Of a DNA stretch of 32,000 bases, positions 24,691-31,945 are shown piece by piece. The notes under the pieces were generated by a model. That model saw only the letters and a program-made list of their open reading frames with translations. It searched no databases and was not told the origin of the DNA. This stretch comes from Prochlorococcus marinus subsp. pastoris str. CCMP1986. GTDB lineage: Bacteria > Cyanobacteriota > Cyanobacteriia > PCC-6307 > Cyanobiaceae. Location: contig NC_005072.1 of NCBI RefSeq assembly GCF_000011465.1, positions 330,001 to 362,000 on the forward strand, given 5' to 3'. How positions within the stretch are numbered: the stretch's first letter is position 1; the number at the start of each line of letters is the position of its first letter. The translations under genes and the position numbers were made by a program.

Positions 24691-25473
24691 ATGAATAAGG
24701 TTATTTCCAAAAGACTTACTTTTGTAGTTACTATTTTCAGTCTTTTAATTTTCATAATTATCTGGCAAATAATTGCTCAACAGGGTTTGTTAGTTAAAAA
24801 TTTTCCAGGCTCATTTAAAACTATAAATGCTTTGATTTGGTGGGTATCTGATCCGTTTTTTGATAATGGCCCAAATGATTTAGGGATTGGATTTAATTTA
24901 CTCATAAGTTTGAGAAGAGTTTTAATTGGCTATAGTCTTGCCGTTTTAGTAGCTATTCCATTAGGTGTATTAATGGGGATGTCTAAATTGGCTCAATCAT
25001 CTCTCAATCCATATGTTCAACTACTTAAACCAGTTTCTCCATTAGCTTGGCTACCTGTAGGACTATTTGTTTTTAGAAATTCAGAAATCACCGGTATTTT
25101 TGTTATTTTTATTACTAGTATTTGGCCTACTTTAATAAATACTGCTTTTGGTGTTGCAAGCATTAATCCTGATTATTTAAGAGTATCTAAATCCTTAGGC
25201 GCAAGTAAATCAATAACTATTAGAAGAGTTATTTTGCCAGCAATTATGCCAAATATTTTGGCAGGCATGAGAATTTCTATGGGAACGGCATGGCTTGTGA
25301 TTGTAGCTGCTGAAATGTTGTTGGGAACTGGAATTGGTTATTTTATTTGGAACGAATGGAATAATTTATCTCTCGAAAATATATTTGTAGCAATCATTAT
25401 CATTGGATTTACCGGTTTTATTTTAGATCAATTTTTTGGTTTTCTTCAAGATAAGTTCGATTACAGTATTTAG
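24691..25473 (+). CDS. cynB: cyanate ABC transporter permease (NrtB-like)
   Basis: 260-aa polytopic protein with a BPD-transporter EAA-like loop (SKSLGASKSITIRRVILPAIMPNILAG). Confidence 0.85.
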   Translation: MNKVISKRLTFVVTIFSLLIFIIIWQIIAQQGLLVKNFPGSFKTINALIWWVSDPFFDNGPNDLGIGFNLLISLRRVLIGYSLAVLVAIPLGVLMGMSKLAQSSLNPYVQLLKPVSPLAWLPVGLFVFRNSEITGIFVIFITSIWPTLINTAFGVASINPDYLRVSKSLGASKSITIRRVILPAIMPNILAGMRISMGTAWLVIVAAEMLLGTGIGYFIWNEWNNLSLENIFVAIIIIGFTGFILDQFFGFLQDKFDYSI

Positions 25474-25489
25474 TTCGATAACTTTTATT

Positions 25490-26344
25490 ATGCAAAAAAA
25501 TTCAAATTCAAAAAAAAATTCAACTCATCTAGAACTGGCTAAACTAGGAAAAATTTTTTTCAAAGAAAAAAAATTTTTTGATTTCTATTCAAAACATAAA
25601 AAGAGTTCATTTGAGGCAATTAAGAATATTAATTTAAAAATAGAAAAAAATACATTTGTTTCGATAATTGGCCCTTCTGGTTGTGGTAAATCAACTTTAT
25701 TAAATTTAATAGCGGGCTTACAAGCTCCAACATCAGGAAAAATTATTATTGATGGGTTGGCAATAAAAGGGCCGGGTCCAGATAGAGGTGTTATTTTTCA
25801 AAATTATGCTCTAATGCCATGGTTGACAACTATTCAGAATATTGAGTTTGCACTTAATACTGTTTTCCCAGAAAAAACAAAACCTGATATTAAAGAAAGA
25901 GCTATAAATTATCTCAGAATGGTGGGTTTAGAAAAAGCTTCAAATAAATTCCCAAAGGAGTTGTCAGGAGGGATGAAACAAAGAGTTGCAATAGCAAGAG
26001 CTCTTTCTATAAATCCAAATATGTTATTGATGGATGAACCATTTGGTGCTCTTGATGCATTAACTAGATCCTATTTACAAGAAGAATTATTGTCTATTTG
26101 GCGAAAAAATAAAGTAACAGTCGTTTTAATTACTCATAGTATTGAAGAAGCTTTACTCTTGTCAGACAAAATTATCTTGATGTCAAGTGGACCATCTGCA
26201 ACAATTTCTGAGGAAATTTCAGTTGATTTGGACAGACCACGTGATAGGCAAAATATAGAACAAGACCCTAAATATTTAAAAATAAAAATGCGTCTTGAGA
26301 AGCATTTATTAAGAGAAACAAGAGCAGTAGAAGAGGTGACTTAG
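25490..26344 (+). CDS. cynD: cyanate ABC transporter ATP-binding protein (NrtD-like)
   Basis: Walker [10 protein letters not shown], signature [15 protein letters not shown], Walker [12 protein letters not shown]. The start is set at ATG 25490 (MQKNSNSK) rather than the track start 25436, which overlaps cynB. Confidence 0.85.
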   Translation: MQKNSNSKKNSTHLELAKLGKIFFKEKKFFDFYSKHKKSSFEAIKNINLKIEKNTFVSIIGPSGCGKSTLLNLIAGLQAPTSGKIIIDGLAIKGPGPDRGVIFQNYALMPWLTTIQNIEFALNTVFPEKTKPDIKERAINYLRMVGLEKASNKFPKELSGGMKQRVAIARALSINPNMLLMDEPFGALDALTRSYLQEELLSIWRKNKVTVVLITHSIEEALLLSDKIILMSSGPSATISEEISVDLDRPRDRQNIEQDPKYLKIKMRLEKHLLRETRAVEEVT

Positions 26345-26376
26345 CTTCTCCTACTAAAAAAAAATTAAAATTTATC

Positions 26377-26820
26377 ATGACTTTACCATCATTAACTAAA
26401 TTATTATTAAAAGCAAAAAAGGAAAAAAATCTATCATTTGAAGATTTAGGAAATTTAATTAATCGAGATGAAGTTTGGGTAGCAAGTCTTTTCTACGGTC
26501 AAGCCACTGCTTCAGAAGAGGAAGCTACTTCTTTGATAGCCGCACTAGACTTGACCTCAGATTTAAAAGAAGATTTATCAACTCCTCCAGTTAAAGGATG
26601 TTTAGACCCTGTTATTCCTACGGATCCTCTTATCTATAGATTTTATGAAATAATGCAAGTTTATGGACTCCCAATGAAAGATGTTATTCAAGAAAAATTT
26701 GGAGATGGCATTATGAGTGCAATTGACTTTTCTATTGAAGTTGACAAGGTCGAAGACCCAAAGGGAGATAGGGTTCTAGTTAAAATGTGTGGGAAATTCT
26801 TACCCTATAAAAAATGGTAG
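26377..26820 (+). CDS. cynS: cyanase (cyanate hydratase/lyase)
   Basis: 147 aa with an N-terminal HTH-like region and a C-terminal ...[34 protein letters not shown], characteristic of CynS. Confidence 0.9.
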   Translation: MTLPSLTKLLLKAKKEKNLSFEDLGNLINRDEVWVASLFYGQATASEEEATSLIAALDLTSDLKEDLSTPPVKGCLDPVIPTDPLIYRFYEIMQVYGLPMKDVIQEKFGDGIMSAIDFSIEVDKVEDPKGDRVLVKMCGKFLPYKKW

Positions 26821-26904
26821 TTGAATTGATTTAATGATTTCTTAATTCAAGAATATATAAAATACTTTGTAAATTAGAATCTTTATTATCAATAAATTTT
26901 TTAA

Positions 26905-27096
26905 TTAATCATCATTCTCATTTAACTGTAAGGTTTTATTGATTTCACTCTCAAATTCTTTAGAAGCAGTTTGTATTCCTTTTAAAGTTTTACCTATAGT
27001 CTTACCAAGTTGAGGCAGACGTTTAGGACCAAAGATAAGTAAACCTAGAATTAAAATTACAATTATTTCTGGTAAACCAATTCCAAATATATTCAT
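26905..27096 (-). CDS. tatA: TatA/E paralog (63 aa)
   Basis: MNIFGIGLPEIIVILILGLLIFGPKRLPQLGKTIGKTLKGIQTASKEF. Highly similar to 1032..1322 over the first 50 aa or so. Convergent with cynS. Confidence 0.8.
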   Translation of the reverse strand: MNIFGIGLPEIIVILILGLLIFGPKRLPQLGKTIGKTLKGIQTASKEFESEINKTLQLNENDD

Positions 27097-27195
27097 TAGA
27101 AATTTATAATTGATTATTATGTTAGAAAAATTTCAATTTTTATAAAGTAATCAAAGTAACAAATGATAATTTTTATTTAATCCGAATTTTTTAAT

Positions 27196-27519
27196 ATGGA
27201 ACGAAGTTGGGATCCTTATTATAAGTATTTTAAAGAATTTGATTTTAATCTTTTTGAAATATTTTTACATAAAGAATTTCAAAAAGAAATTCTTGATTTA
27301 GGTTATCTAGAGCAAAATGAAATCAATCAATTTGTTCTTAATCCTGGTCAGTTTTGCGTTGTAAATGGTGTGATAAAGATAGTTCACGATTTGCCAATAT
27401 TTTTAAATGATAAAAAATTTAAAGACAATTTGAATATAGAAAAATGGAAACTTGATTCTTACAATCTTCTATCAATTGATATTAAATGGGTAAAGGAGTC
27501 CTCCATAAAAATAATCTAA
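27196..27519 (+). CDS. hypothetical protein
   Basis: 107-aa ORF with an ATG start. Confidence 0.45.
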   Translation: MERSWDPYYKYFKEFDFNLFEIFLHKEFQKEILDLGYLEQNEINQFVLNPGQFCVVNGVIKIVHDLPIFLNDKKFKDNLNIEKWKLDSYNLLSIDIKWVKESSIKII

Positions 27520-27534
27520 GTTGATTCTTAAAGA

Positions 27535-27903
27535 TTAAAATTTAAGTTTTGTTTTTACTCTATTTTTATTTTCAGAATTAAATTTAAAAAGTCCCGAATC
27601 AGTAAATATAGTCAATTCATCGCCATATGATTTCTGGATAGATAAACCTTCAGATTCTAAATTTTTAACAAATACATTTCCAACTAGTTTTAAAGTTTTC
27701 GCATCTTTGTCGTAAGTAAGCTTATTTGAGGAGGCTTCAAAATTATTGTTAGTACTTTTGATAATTACATTTCCAATAGCTTCAAAATTGCCTTTAATAC
27801 TTTGTATTTGAGAATCAGATGTAACCGTGTAATTCAGTTTCTCTTGTGCAAATGAAATTTCAGTGAAAAGAAATAGCACTGCTGAAAGTAGTGAGAGTTT
27901 CAT
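27535..27903 (-). CDS. secreted OstA/LptA-like beta-jellyroll protein
   Basis: Signal peptide MKLSLLSAVLFLFTEISFA. Repeated ...GNVIIKSTNNNFEASSNKLTYDKDAKTLKLVGNVFVKN resembles the OstA_N pattern. Confidence 0.5.
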   Translation of the reverse strand: MKLSLLSAVLFLFTEISFAQEKLNYTVTSDSQIQSIKGNFEAIGNVIIKSTNNNFEASSNKLTYDKDAKTLKLVGNVFVKNLESEGLSIQKSYGDELTIFTDSGLFKFNSENKNRVKTKLKF

Positions 27904-28167
27904 TCACTCAATAAGTTCAAGATTATAAACAGTATCAACACAGTTGTTATCAATATCCCATTGTTTTAATTCTGGTTGTTCAAGCATGGAACCAAACTTT
28001 TCCAAATCAGAACAGCTCATAAGAATCATTGCTTTATGTTCATTAACTTTGATTATCTCCAGCTCAGAACAAAAAACGTATCCTTGTTCTTTATCTACTT
28101 TTTTAACCATTGCTTCAAATTCAGAGAAAGGGCAACCAAATGTCGAGACAACTAAAGTATTAGGCAT
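27904..28167 (-). CDS. hypothetical protein (87 aa)
   Basis: Its stop abuts the next gene's start (27903/27904). The ATG lies 28 nt downstream of repeat copy B. Confidence 0.5.
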   Translation of the reverse strand: MPNTLVVSTFGCPFSEFEAMVKKVDKEQGYVFCSELEIIKVNEHKAMILMSCSDLEKFGSMLEQPELKQWDIDNNCVDTVYNLELIE

Positions 28168-28195
28168 AGAAAAAGGAGCTAGTTGCTCCTTATTT

Positions 28196-28211
28196 TAGAT
28201 CGACTGTCAAT
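28196..28211 (-). repeat. 16-nt element ATTGACAGTCGATCTA, copy B
   Basis: Exact copy, 6 nt after the stop of 28218..28490. Followed on the minus strand by hairpin AAGGAGC/GCTCCTT, TTTCT, then the ATG at 28167. Confidence 0.9.
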
Positions 28212-28217
28212 CACTTT

Positions 28218-28490
28218 CTATGAGTAGACTTTGGCAACTAATGGACCAGCTTCCTCATCAGTAAATACAGGTGTGGTTTCCCAATTTAGAAATTCACCCC
28301 ATTCAGCGGCATGTTGATATATTGCTTTTGGATCATCAGTCTTTAAAACTATCCAACCCTCTAAAGAACCAGGTGCGTGATATCTTCCAATCATCTCAAC
28401 TCCAGGATAATCTCCCCCACCACCAAGAAATTTTTCTGCACCTTTTTGATGATATCCGGCCTTAAATGACCAATGCTGAACATAAAGCAT
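28218..28490 (-). CDS. DUF3303 family protein (paralog 3 of 4; best match to the family pattern)
   Basis: MLYVQHWSFKAGYHQKGAEKFLGGGGDYPGVEMIGRYHAPGSLEGWIVLKTDDPKAIYQHAAEWGEFLNWETTPVFTDEEAG closely follows the remembered DUF3303 consensus. Confidence 0.75.
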   Translation of the reverse strand: MLYVQHWSFKAGYHQKGAEKFLGGGGDYPGVEMIGRYHAPGSLEGWIVLKTDDPKAIYQHAAEWGEFLNWETTPVFTDEEAGPLVAKVYS

Positions 28491-28574
28491 TTTATTTTTT
28501 AATTTTTATTGGCTTTCTATTACTAGCAAAATAAATAATTCCTGAAAATAAATATTACTAATTGCCCATTTTTT

Positions 28575-28590
28575 TAGATCGACTGTCAAT
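28575..28590 (-). repeat. 16-nt element ATTGACAGTCGATCTA, copy C
   Basis: Exact copy located between the minus-strand terminator (28605-28649) and the DUF3303 gene start (28490). Confidence 0.9.
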
Positions 28591-28604
28591 GATAAAAGTT
28601 TGTA

Positions 28605-28649
28605 TCAAAAAAGAGGTTGAACTCAGCCTTTAAATGAAAACAACCTCTT
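28605..28649 (-). terminator. Rho-independent terminator of the mini-ORF operon
   Basis: AAGAGGTTG (28611-28619) pairs with CAACCTCTT (28641-28649). On the minus strand it is followed by a U6-type run. Confidence 0.6.
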
Positions 28650-28691
28650 TAGGAATACTTAGCTTATTTTTATTTAATAGGATTTGGCTGT

Positions 28692-28806
28692 TTAAACCAA
28701 TCTCATTAAATTCTCTGGTGGACTATCAATCATTTCTGATCCCTCCATTTGATTAACTAGAAATTACTATGGATAATATTTTCTGTATATCGGTATTAAT
28801 GCCGAT
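28692..28806 (-). repeat. repeat unit copy 2: ATCGG/CCGAT hairpin, spacer, GGAGGG, mini-ORF MIDSPPENLMRLV
   Basis: Hairpin 28789-28806, GGAGGG (reverse complement of 28741-28746), mini-ORF 28692..28733 containing ATTGATAGTC. Homologous to 9900-10000. Confidence 0.5.
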
Positions 28807-28942
28807 TTTTAATATAGAAAGCCAATACTAATAAAACTACAGTAAAACTTAAAACAATAATCCCAATGTCTGGTTGCTTTGCATTTGTGAAATAAGTAGG
28901 ATTTTCTACTGGAATTTCAATTATTTCTCCTTCTTCAATCAT
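28796..28942 (-). CDS. mini-ORF f (48 aa, C-terminal TM)
   Basis: Hand translation: MIEEGEIIEIPVENPTYFTNAKQPDIGIIVLSFTVVLLVLAFYIKNRH. Its ATG overlaps the stop of ORF e (TAATG). Confidence 0.5.
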   Translation of the reverse strand: MIEEGEIIEIPVENPTYFTNAKQPDIGIIVLSFTVVLLVLAFYIKNRH

Positions 28943-29055
28943 TACTTATATGTATTGAGTAAAAATATATAAAATCCCAACAATACTAATGTTGCTGTAC
29001 CTACACCAATAACTGTAGCTGGTTGATTATTCCAAAGTTGATTAAAAAATTCCAT
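28942..29055 (-). CDS. mini-ORF e (37 aa, TM)
   Basis: Hand translation: MEFFNQLWNNQPATVIGVGTATLVLLGFYIFLLNTYK. Its start abuts the stop of ORF d with a 0-nt gap. Confidence 0.5.
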   Translation of the reverse strand: MEFFNQLWNNQPATVIGVGTATLVLLGFYIFLLNTYK

Positions 29056-29211
29056 TTATTTTAATTTTCTTGTTCCACCATAAGAATATTGGCTTTCTTT
29101 TGAAACAATATGCCAACACTTTTTACAGCAAAAAATCCACCTTTTATAATTTATAGATTTTACTCTGTAATGGATCACATCTTCCTTATTGCATAAATCA
29201 CACTTTTTCAT
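29056..29211 (-). CDS. mini-ORF d (51 aa, 4-5 Cys zinc-ribbon-like)
   Basis: Hand translation: MKKCDLCNKEDVIHYRVKSINYKRWIFCCKKCWHIVSKESQYSYGGTRKLK (CxxC...CCxxC). ATGA overlap with ORF c. Confidence 0.5.
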   Translation of the reverse strand: MKKCDLCNKEDVIHYRVKSINYKRWIFCCKKCWHIVSKESQYSYGGTRKLK

Positions 29212-29297
29212 TTTTTTATCATTTTAAAAGTTAAATACGCAAAGCCACCAAGTAATAACAGACTAATAACTCCATAAGTAATTGCTATTCCATACAT
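29208..29297 (-). CDS. mini-ORF c (29 aa, TM)
   Basis: Hand translation: MYGIAITYGVISLLLLGGFAYLTFKMIKK. It starts 2 nt after the stop of 29300..29485. Confidence 0.45.
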   Translation of the reverse strand: MYGIAITYGVISLLLLGGFAYLTFKMIKK

Positions 29298-29299
29298 AA

Positions 29300-29485
29300 T
29301 TATTCTTCCGAGTTATATCTCAAAATAGTTGCAATTGAACTCTTGTCACTTGAGGTAAGTTCTCTATCTTGATATTTCCATTCAAACCATGTAATACATT
29401 CATTTAACTTTGGATTTTCCTTATAAGTTTTTTTCCAGTTTTGTATCCAATTGGCTAATGCACTTGCTTCATCTGTATTTAACAT
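29300..29485 (-). CDS. small conserved protein b (61 aa), paralog of 9593..9781
   Basis: Track ORF. Full-length similarity to the 62-aa protein at 9593..9781. Confidence 0.6.
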   Translation of the reverse strand: MLNTDEASALANWIQNWKKTYKENPKLNECITWFEWKYQDRELTSSDKSSIATILRYNSEE

Positions 29486-29610
29486 TATCCATCTAACCTA
29501 TCTGCGTAATCTCTTAAAACTTCAGCCATCTTTTGGGGTGGAATTTCTTCTTGATATTCTCTACATAAATCAAAAAATTTATCTAAGAAATCTTTCATTG
29601 AAGAGGACAT
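29485..29610 (-). CDS. mini-ORF a (41 aa), first gene of the operon
   Basis: Hand translation: MSSSMKDFLDKFFDLCREYQEEIPPQKMAEVLRDYADRLDG. Its stop overlaps the ATG of ORF b (TAATG). Its ATG lies 29 nt downstream of repeat copy D. Confidence 0.45.
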   Translation of the reverse strand: MSSSMKDFLDKFFDLCREYQEEIPPQKMAEVLRDYADRLDG

Positions 29611-29639
29611 GAAAAAAGGGGCTTCTGTACCTTCTACTT

Positions 29640-29655
29640 TAGATCGACTGTCAAT
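29640..29655 (-). repeat. 16-nt element ATTGACAGTCGATCTA, copy D
   Basis: Exact copy, 34 nt after the stop of 29690..29971. Followed by GAAGG...CCTTT plus a T-run, then the ATG at 29610. Confidence 0.9.
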
Positions 29656-29689
29656 AAGTAACTTAATGGTTCAAGTAGTTAGTGTTTCA

Positions 29690-29971
29690 TTAACGATATA
29701 GAGCTACTGTTTCATCTAAATCTGCGCAAGGTTCAATAGTAATCTCCATTAATTCTCTCCAAGGTCGCCATTGACGCCAAATAGTTTCTAGAGAATCCGT
29801 ATTTACCACAGAGTAACCGTTTCCATGTTGAGGTAAGAAAATCCAAGATTTAACGTTATATCCCTCTGGTCTATTTTGTGGACCTCCTTTGTCGTACCAT
29901 TCAGTTAGCATTTTCGCCCCTTTCTCTTGGGCGTTTGCGTCAGAAAATTTATAAGAAATTAGAAAAAGCAT
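29690..29971 (-). CDS. DUF3303-like protein (paralog 4 of 4)
   Basis: MLFLISYKFSDANAQEKGAKMLTEWYDKGGPQNRPEGYNVKSWIFLPQHGNGYSVVNTDSLETIWRQWRPW aligns with the other three paralogs. Confidence 0.6.
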   Translation of the reverse strand: MLFLISYKFSDANAQEKGAKMLTEWYDKGGPQNRPEGYNVKSWIFLPQHGNGYSVVNTDSLETIWRQWRPWRELMEITIEPCADLDETVALYR

Positions 29972-30001
29972 TAATGAAAATGAGCTAATTTGCCCTTATT
30001 T

Positions 30002-30017
30002 TAGATCGACTGTCAAT
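30002..30017 (-). repeat. 16-nt element ATTGACAGTCGATCTA, copy E
   Basis: Exact copy, 1 nt after the stop of 30019..30486 and 30 nt before the ATG at 29971. Confidence 0.9.
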
Positions 30018-30018
30018 A

Positions 30019-30486
30019 TCAAATCCCTAGCTCTGTGAGTCCAGGAAAATCTTTTGGACGGGGTCCATCTCCCCATGTAAAAAGACAATCTTTTTTATCT
30101 ATAGAAATATCATTTATGCTCGCCTCTCTTCTACTCATTAAACCTGTTTCAGAAAATTCCCAATTTTCATTACCATATGCACGAAAATAATTAAATTCTG
30201 GATCGTGCCATTCATATTGAAAACGTACAGAAATTCTATTTTTATCATAAGCCCATAATTCTTTGATAAGTTTATAGTCAATTTCCTTGATCCATTTGCG
30301 TTTTAAAAACTCTATAATTTCTTCTCTTCCTTTAATAAATTCGCTTCTATTTCGCCAAAAACTATCTTCTGTATAAGCATGTGATACTGTTACAGGATCT
30401 TTTGTATTCCATGCATTTTCAGCTAATCTTACTTTTTTAATAGCTGTTTCAAAATTGAACGGAGGAATAGGTGGTTTTATTGACAT
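30019..30486 (-). CDS. DUF1348 family protein (NTF2/SnoaL-like fold)
   Basis: [27 protein letters not shown]...[28 protein letters not shown]...[25 protein letters not shown]...YGNENWEF matches the remembered DUF1348 consensus along its whole length. Confidence 0.8.
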   Translation of the reverse strand: MSIKPPIPPFNFETAIKKVRLAENAWNTKDPVTVSHAYTEDSFWRNRSEFIKGREEIIEFLKRKWIKEIDYKLIKELWAYDKNRISVRFQYEWHDPEFNYFRAYGNENWEFSETGLMSRREASINDISIDKKDCLFTWGDGPRPKDFPGLTELGI

Positions 30487-30885
30487 TTAATATTTAATAA
30501 ATTTACTTACTTAATAATATTTAGAAAAAACATCAATCGCCCCTATTTTTATATTGAAAATTTAAGAAACTTTTTTCTTTATAAGTTATTTTTAATTTGA
30601 AAAAAATATTTGCATAATTTCTTACAACTGGTAATTTTAGTTGACTTGGATAACTCAAATGCAAGATCAAAGAATTGAAAAGATAGCAGCAGTCACAGTA
30701 AACATAACTAAGGTTCTGGCAATAATTTATTTTGGCTTAGTAGAAGTATTTAAAATAGGCAAATTAACTAGAAAGATATTAGTTACTGAATCTAATAATT
30801 CTCAAAAATGGGCTTCAAAAACTTATTCAATTTTAAAAATACGACAAGCTAGACAAAAACTAGCAGCATAAAAAATTAGTTATTT

Positions 30886-31050
30886 TTAAGCCGCATTATA
30901 TTCATCCCTATCTTCAAGCTCTCTCATAAATCTTTTATCTCCTATAAAATATTTTTTTATATTTAACTTTTCAGCTTCCTTTGCACTTGAAGGCATCTTT
31001 AGCCATTCAATAGGTATATCTTTTTTATATTTTATTTCATCATTTTCCAC
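30886..31050 (-). CDS. mini-ORF (54 aa, GTG start)
   Basis: Hand translation: (M)ENDEIKYKKDIPIEWLKMPSSAKEAEKLNIKKYFIGDKRFMRELEDRDEYNAA. Possibly a truncated fragment. Confidence 0.25.
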   Translation of the reverse strand: MENDEIKYKKDIPIEWLKMPSSAKEAEKLNIKKYFIGDKRFMRELEDRDEYNAA

Positions 31051-31090
31051 TAATAAAAATTTTGGTTTGTTTTAAATGACTGTTTTAAAG

Positions 31091-31597
31091 TTAATTACGT
31101 TTCCTCATTTGTTCAAACATTGTTAGGTATTGAAGAGGAAATACATCCGCTAAGTTTTCAATCCTTTCATCATCTAACTCAACCCCTTCGGGCAGTTTTT
31201 TTATTAATTTTGGAATAGCCAATTTTGTAGCATCTTTACAAAAATTGATTCTATATACTGACTCTTTTTGAATGGTCTCTTTAATTGACCCATCTTTTTC
31301 AAAAATAGAATTTATATCGAGATTGTTTCCCTTCAAGAGAGCAATCAATACGCCATCAGCAATCCTAAGTGCTTCTTTTGAATCTTTTCCATTTTTAATC
31401 CCAAATACCCATGTGCAAGCACCTACTCCAAAAGCTCTTGCAATACATTCATCATTACCTATTTCATCACAAGGCAATTTGAATGAATCCTCAATTTTCT
31501 TTAAGTCATAACCTTTTTCTCCCTCTGGAAAACCAGCAGAAGTTTTAATTGGAGAAATTAAACTTATTAATAGTGATAGAAGAAATAATTTTTTCAT
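31091..31597 (-). CDS. secreted protein (hypothetical)
   Basis: 168 aa with signal peptide MKKLFLLSLLISLISPIKTSA. The + strand ORF 31272..31511 is its shadow. Confidence 0.55.
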   Translation of the reverse strand: MKKLFLLSLLISLISPIKTSAGFPEGEKGYDLKKIEDSFKLPCDEIGNDECIARAFGVGACTWVFGIKNGKDSKEALRIADGVLIALLKGNNLDINSIFEKDGSIKETIQKESVYRINFCKDATKLAIPKLIKKLPEGVELDDERIENLADVFPLQYLTMFEQMRKRN

Positions 31598-31661
31598 TTG
31601 GTAGAAGGATTTAAAAATAATTTGTTTTCTGATTTAACATTTAATTGTTTATGATCTCAGT

Positions 31662-31853
31662 ATGACTTTAAGTTCTTACAGAATGCATAGAATTTATCTG
31701 GCAGCGACCATGGGCTATGGCCTCGGTTCTGATGATCCTGAGGAAGTTGCATACTACAAGAAATTAAGGAAAGAAATGGATGAAATGAAGAAGGATGTGG
31801 TTAAAAAAGGTATCCCACTTACATGGGATATCCCAGATGGAATGGATAAATGA
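31662..31853 (+). CDS. small protein (63 aa), paralog of 21856..22020
   Basis: See 21856..22020. About 70 percent identical over 54 aa by eye. Confidence 0.55.
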   Translation: MTLSSYRMHRIYLAATMGYGLGSDDPEEVAYYKKLRKEMDEMKKDVVKKGIPLTWDIPDGMDK

Positions 31854-31945
31854 ATCTGAATACTTTTTTATTAATTGATGGGAGTCTTATGCTTATTGGA
31901 TTTCCTTTACTGATGATCCTCAAAGGCAAAAAGAGGACTCCCTAA
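31850..31945 (+). CDS. TM mini-protein (31 aa), paralog of 21742..21846
   Basis: Hand translation: MNLNTFLLIDGSLMLIGFPLLMILKGKKRTP. ATGA overlap with the preceding gene. Confidence 0.5.
   Translation: MNLNTFLLIDGSLMLIGFPLLMILKGKKRTP

Noticed and set aside
25436-25489. Upstream start of cynD overlapping cynB
   Set aside because: The extension (MVFFKISSITVFSSITFI) overlaps the cynB 3' end and has no ABC-ATPase homology. ATG 25490 lies just after the cynB stop.
1032-27096. The two tatA paralogs as direct repeats delimiting a mobile element
   Set aside because: They are in the same orientation, but the nucleotide sequences are substantially diverged and the C-terminal halves are unrelated. There are no flanking target-site duplications or recombinase genes. 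They look like old paralogs rather than element termini.
28196-30017. CRISPR array interpretation of the 16-nt repeats
   Set aside because: The spacings are irregular (about 360 to about 1050 bp) and the intervals contain genes. The repeat is only 16 nt exact, and no cas genes are present. It is not a CRISPR.
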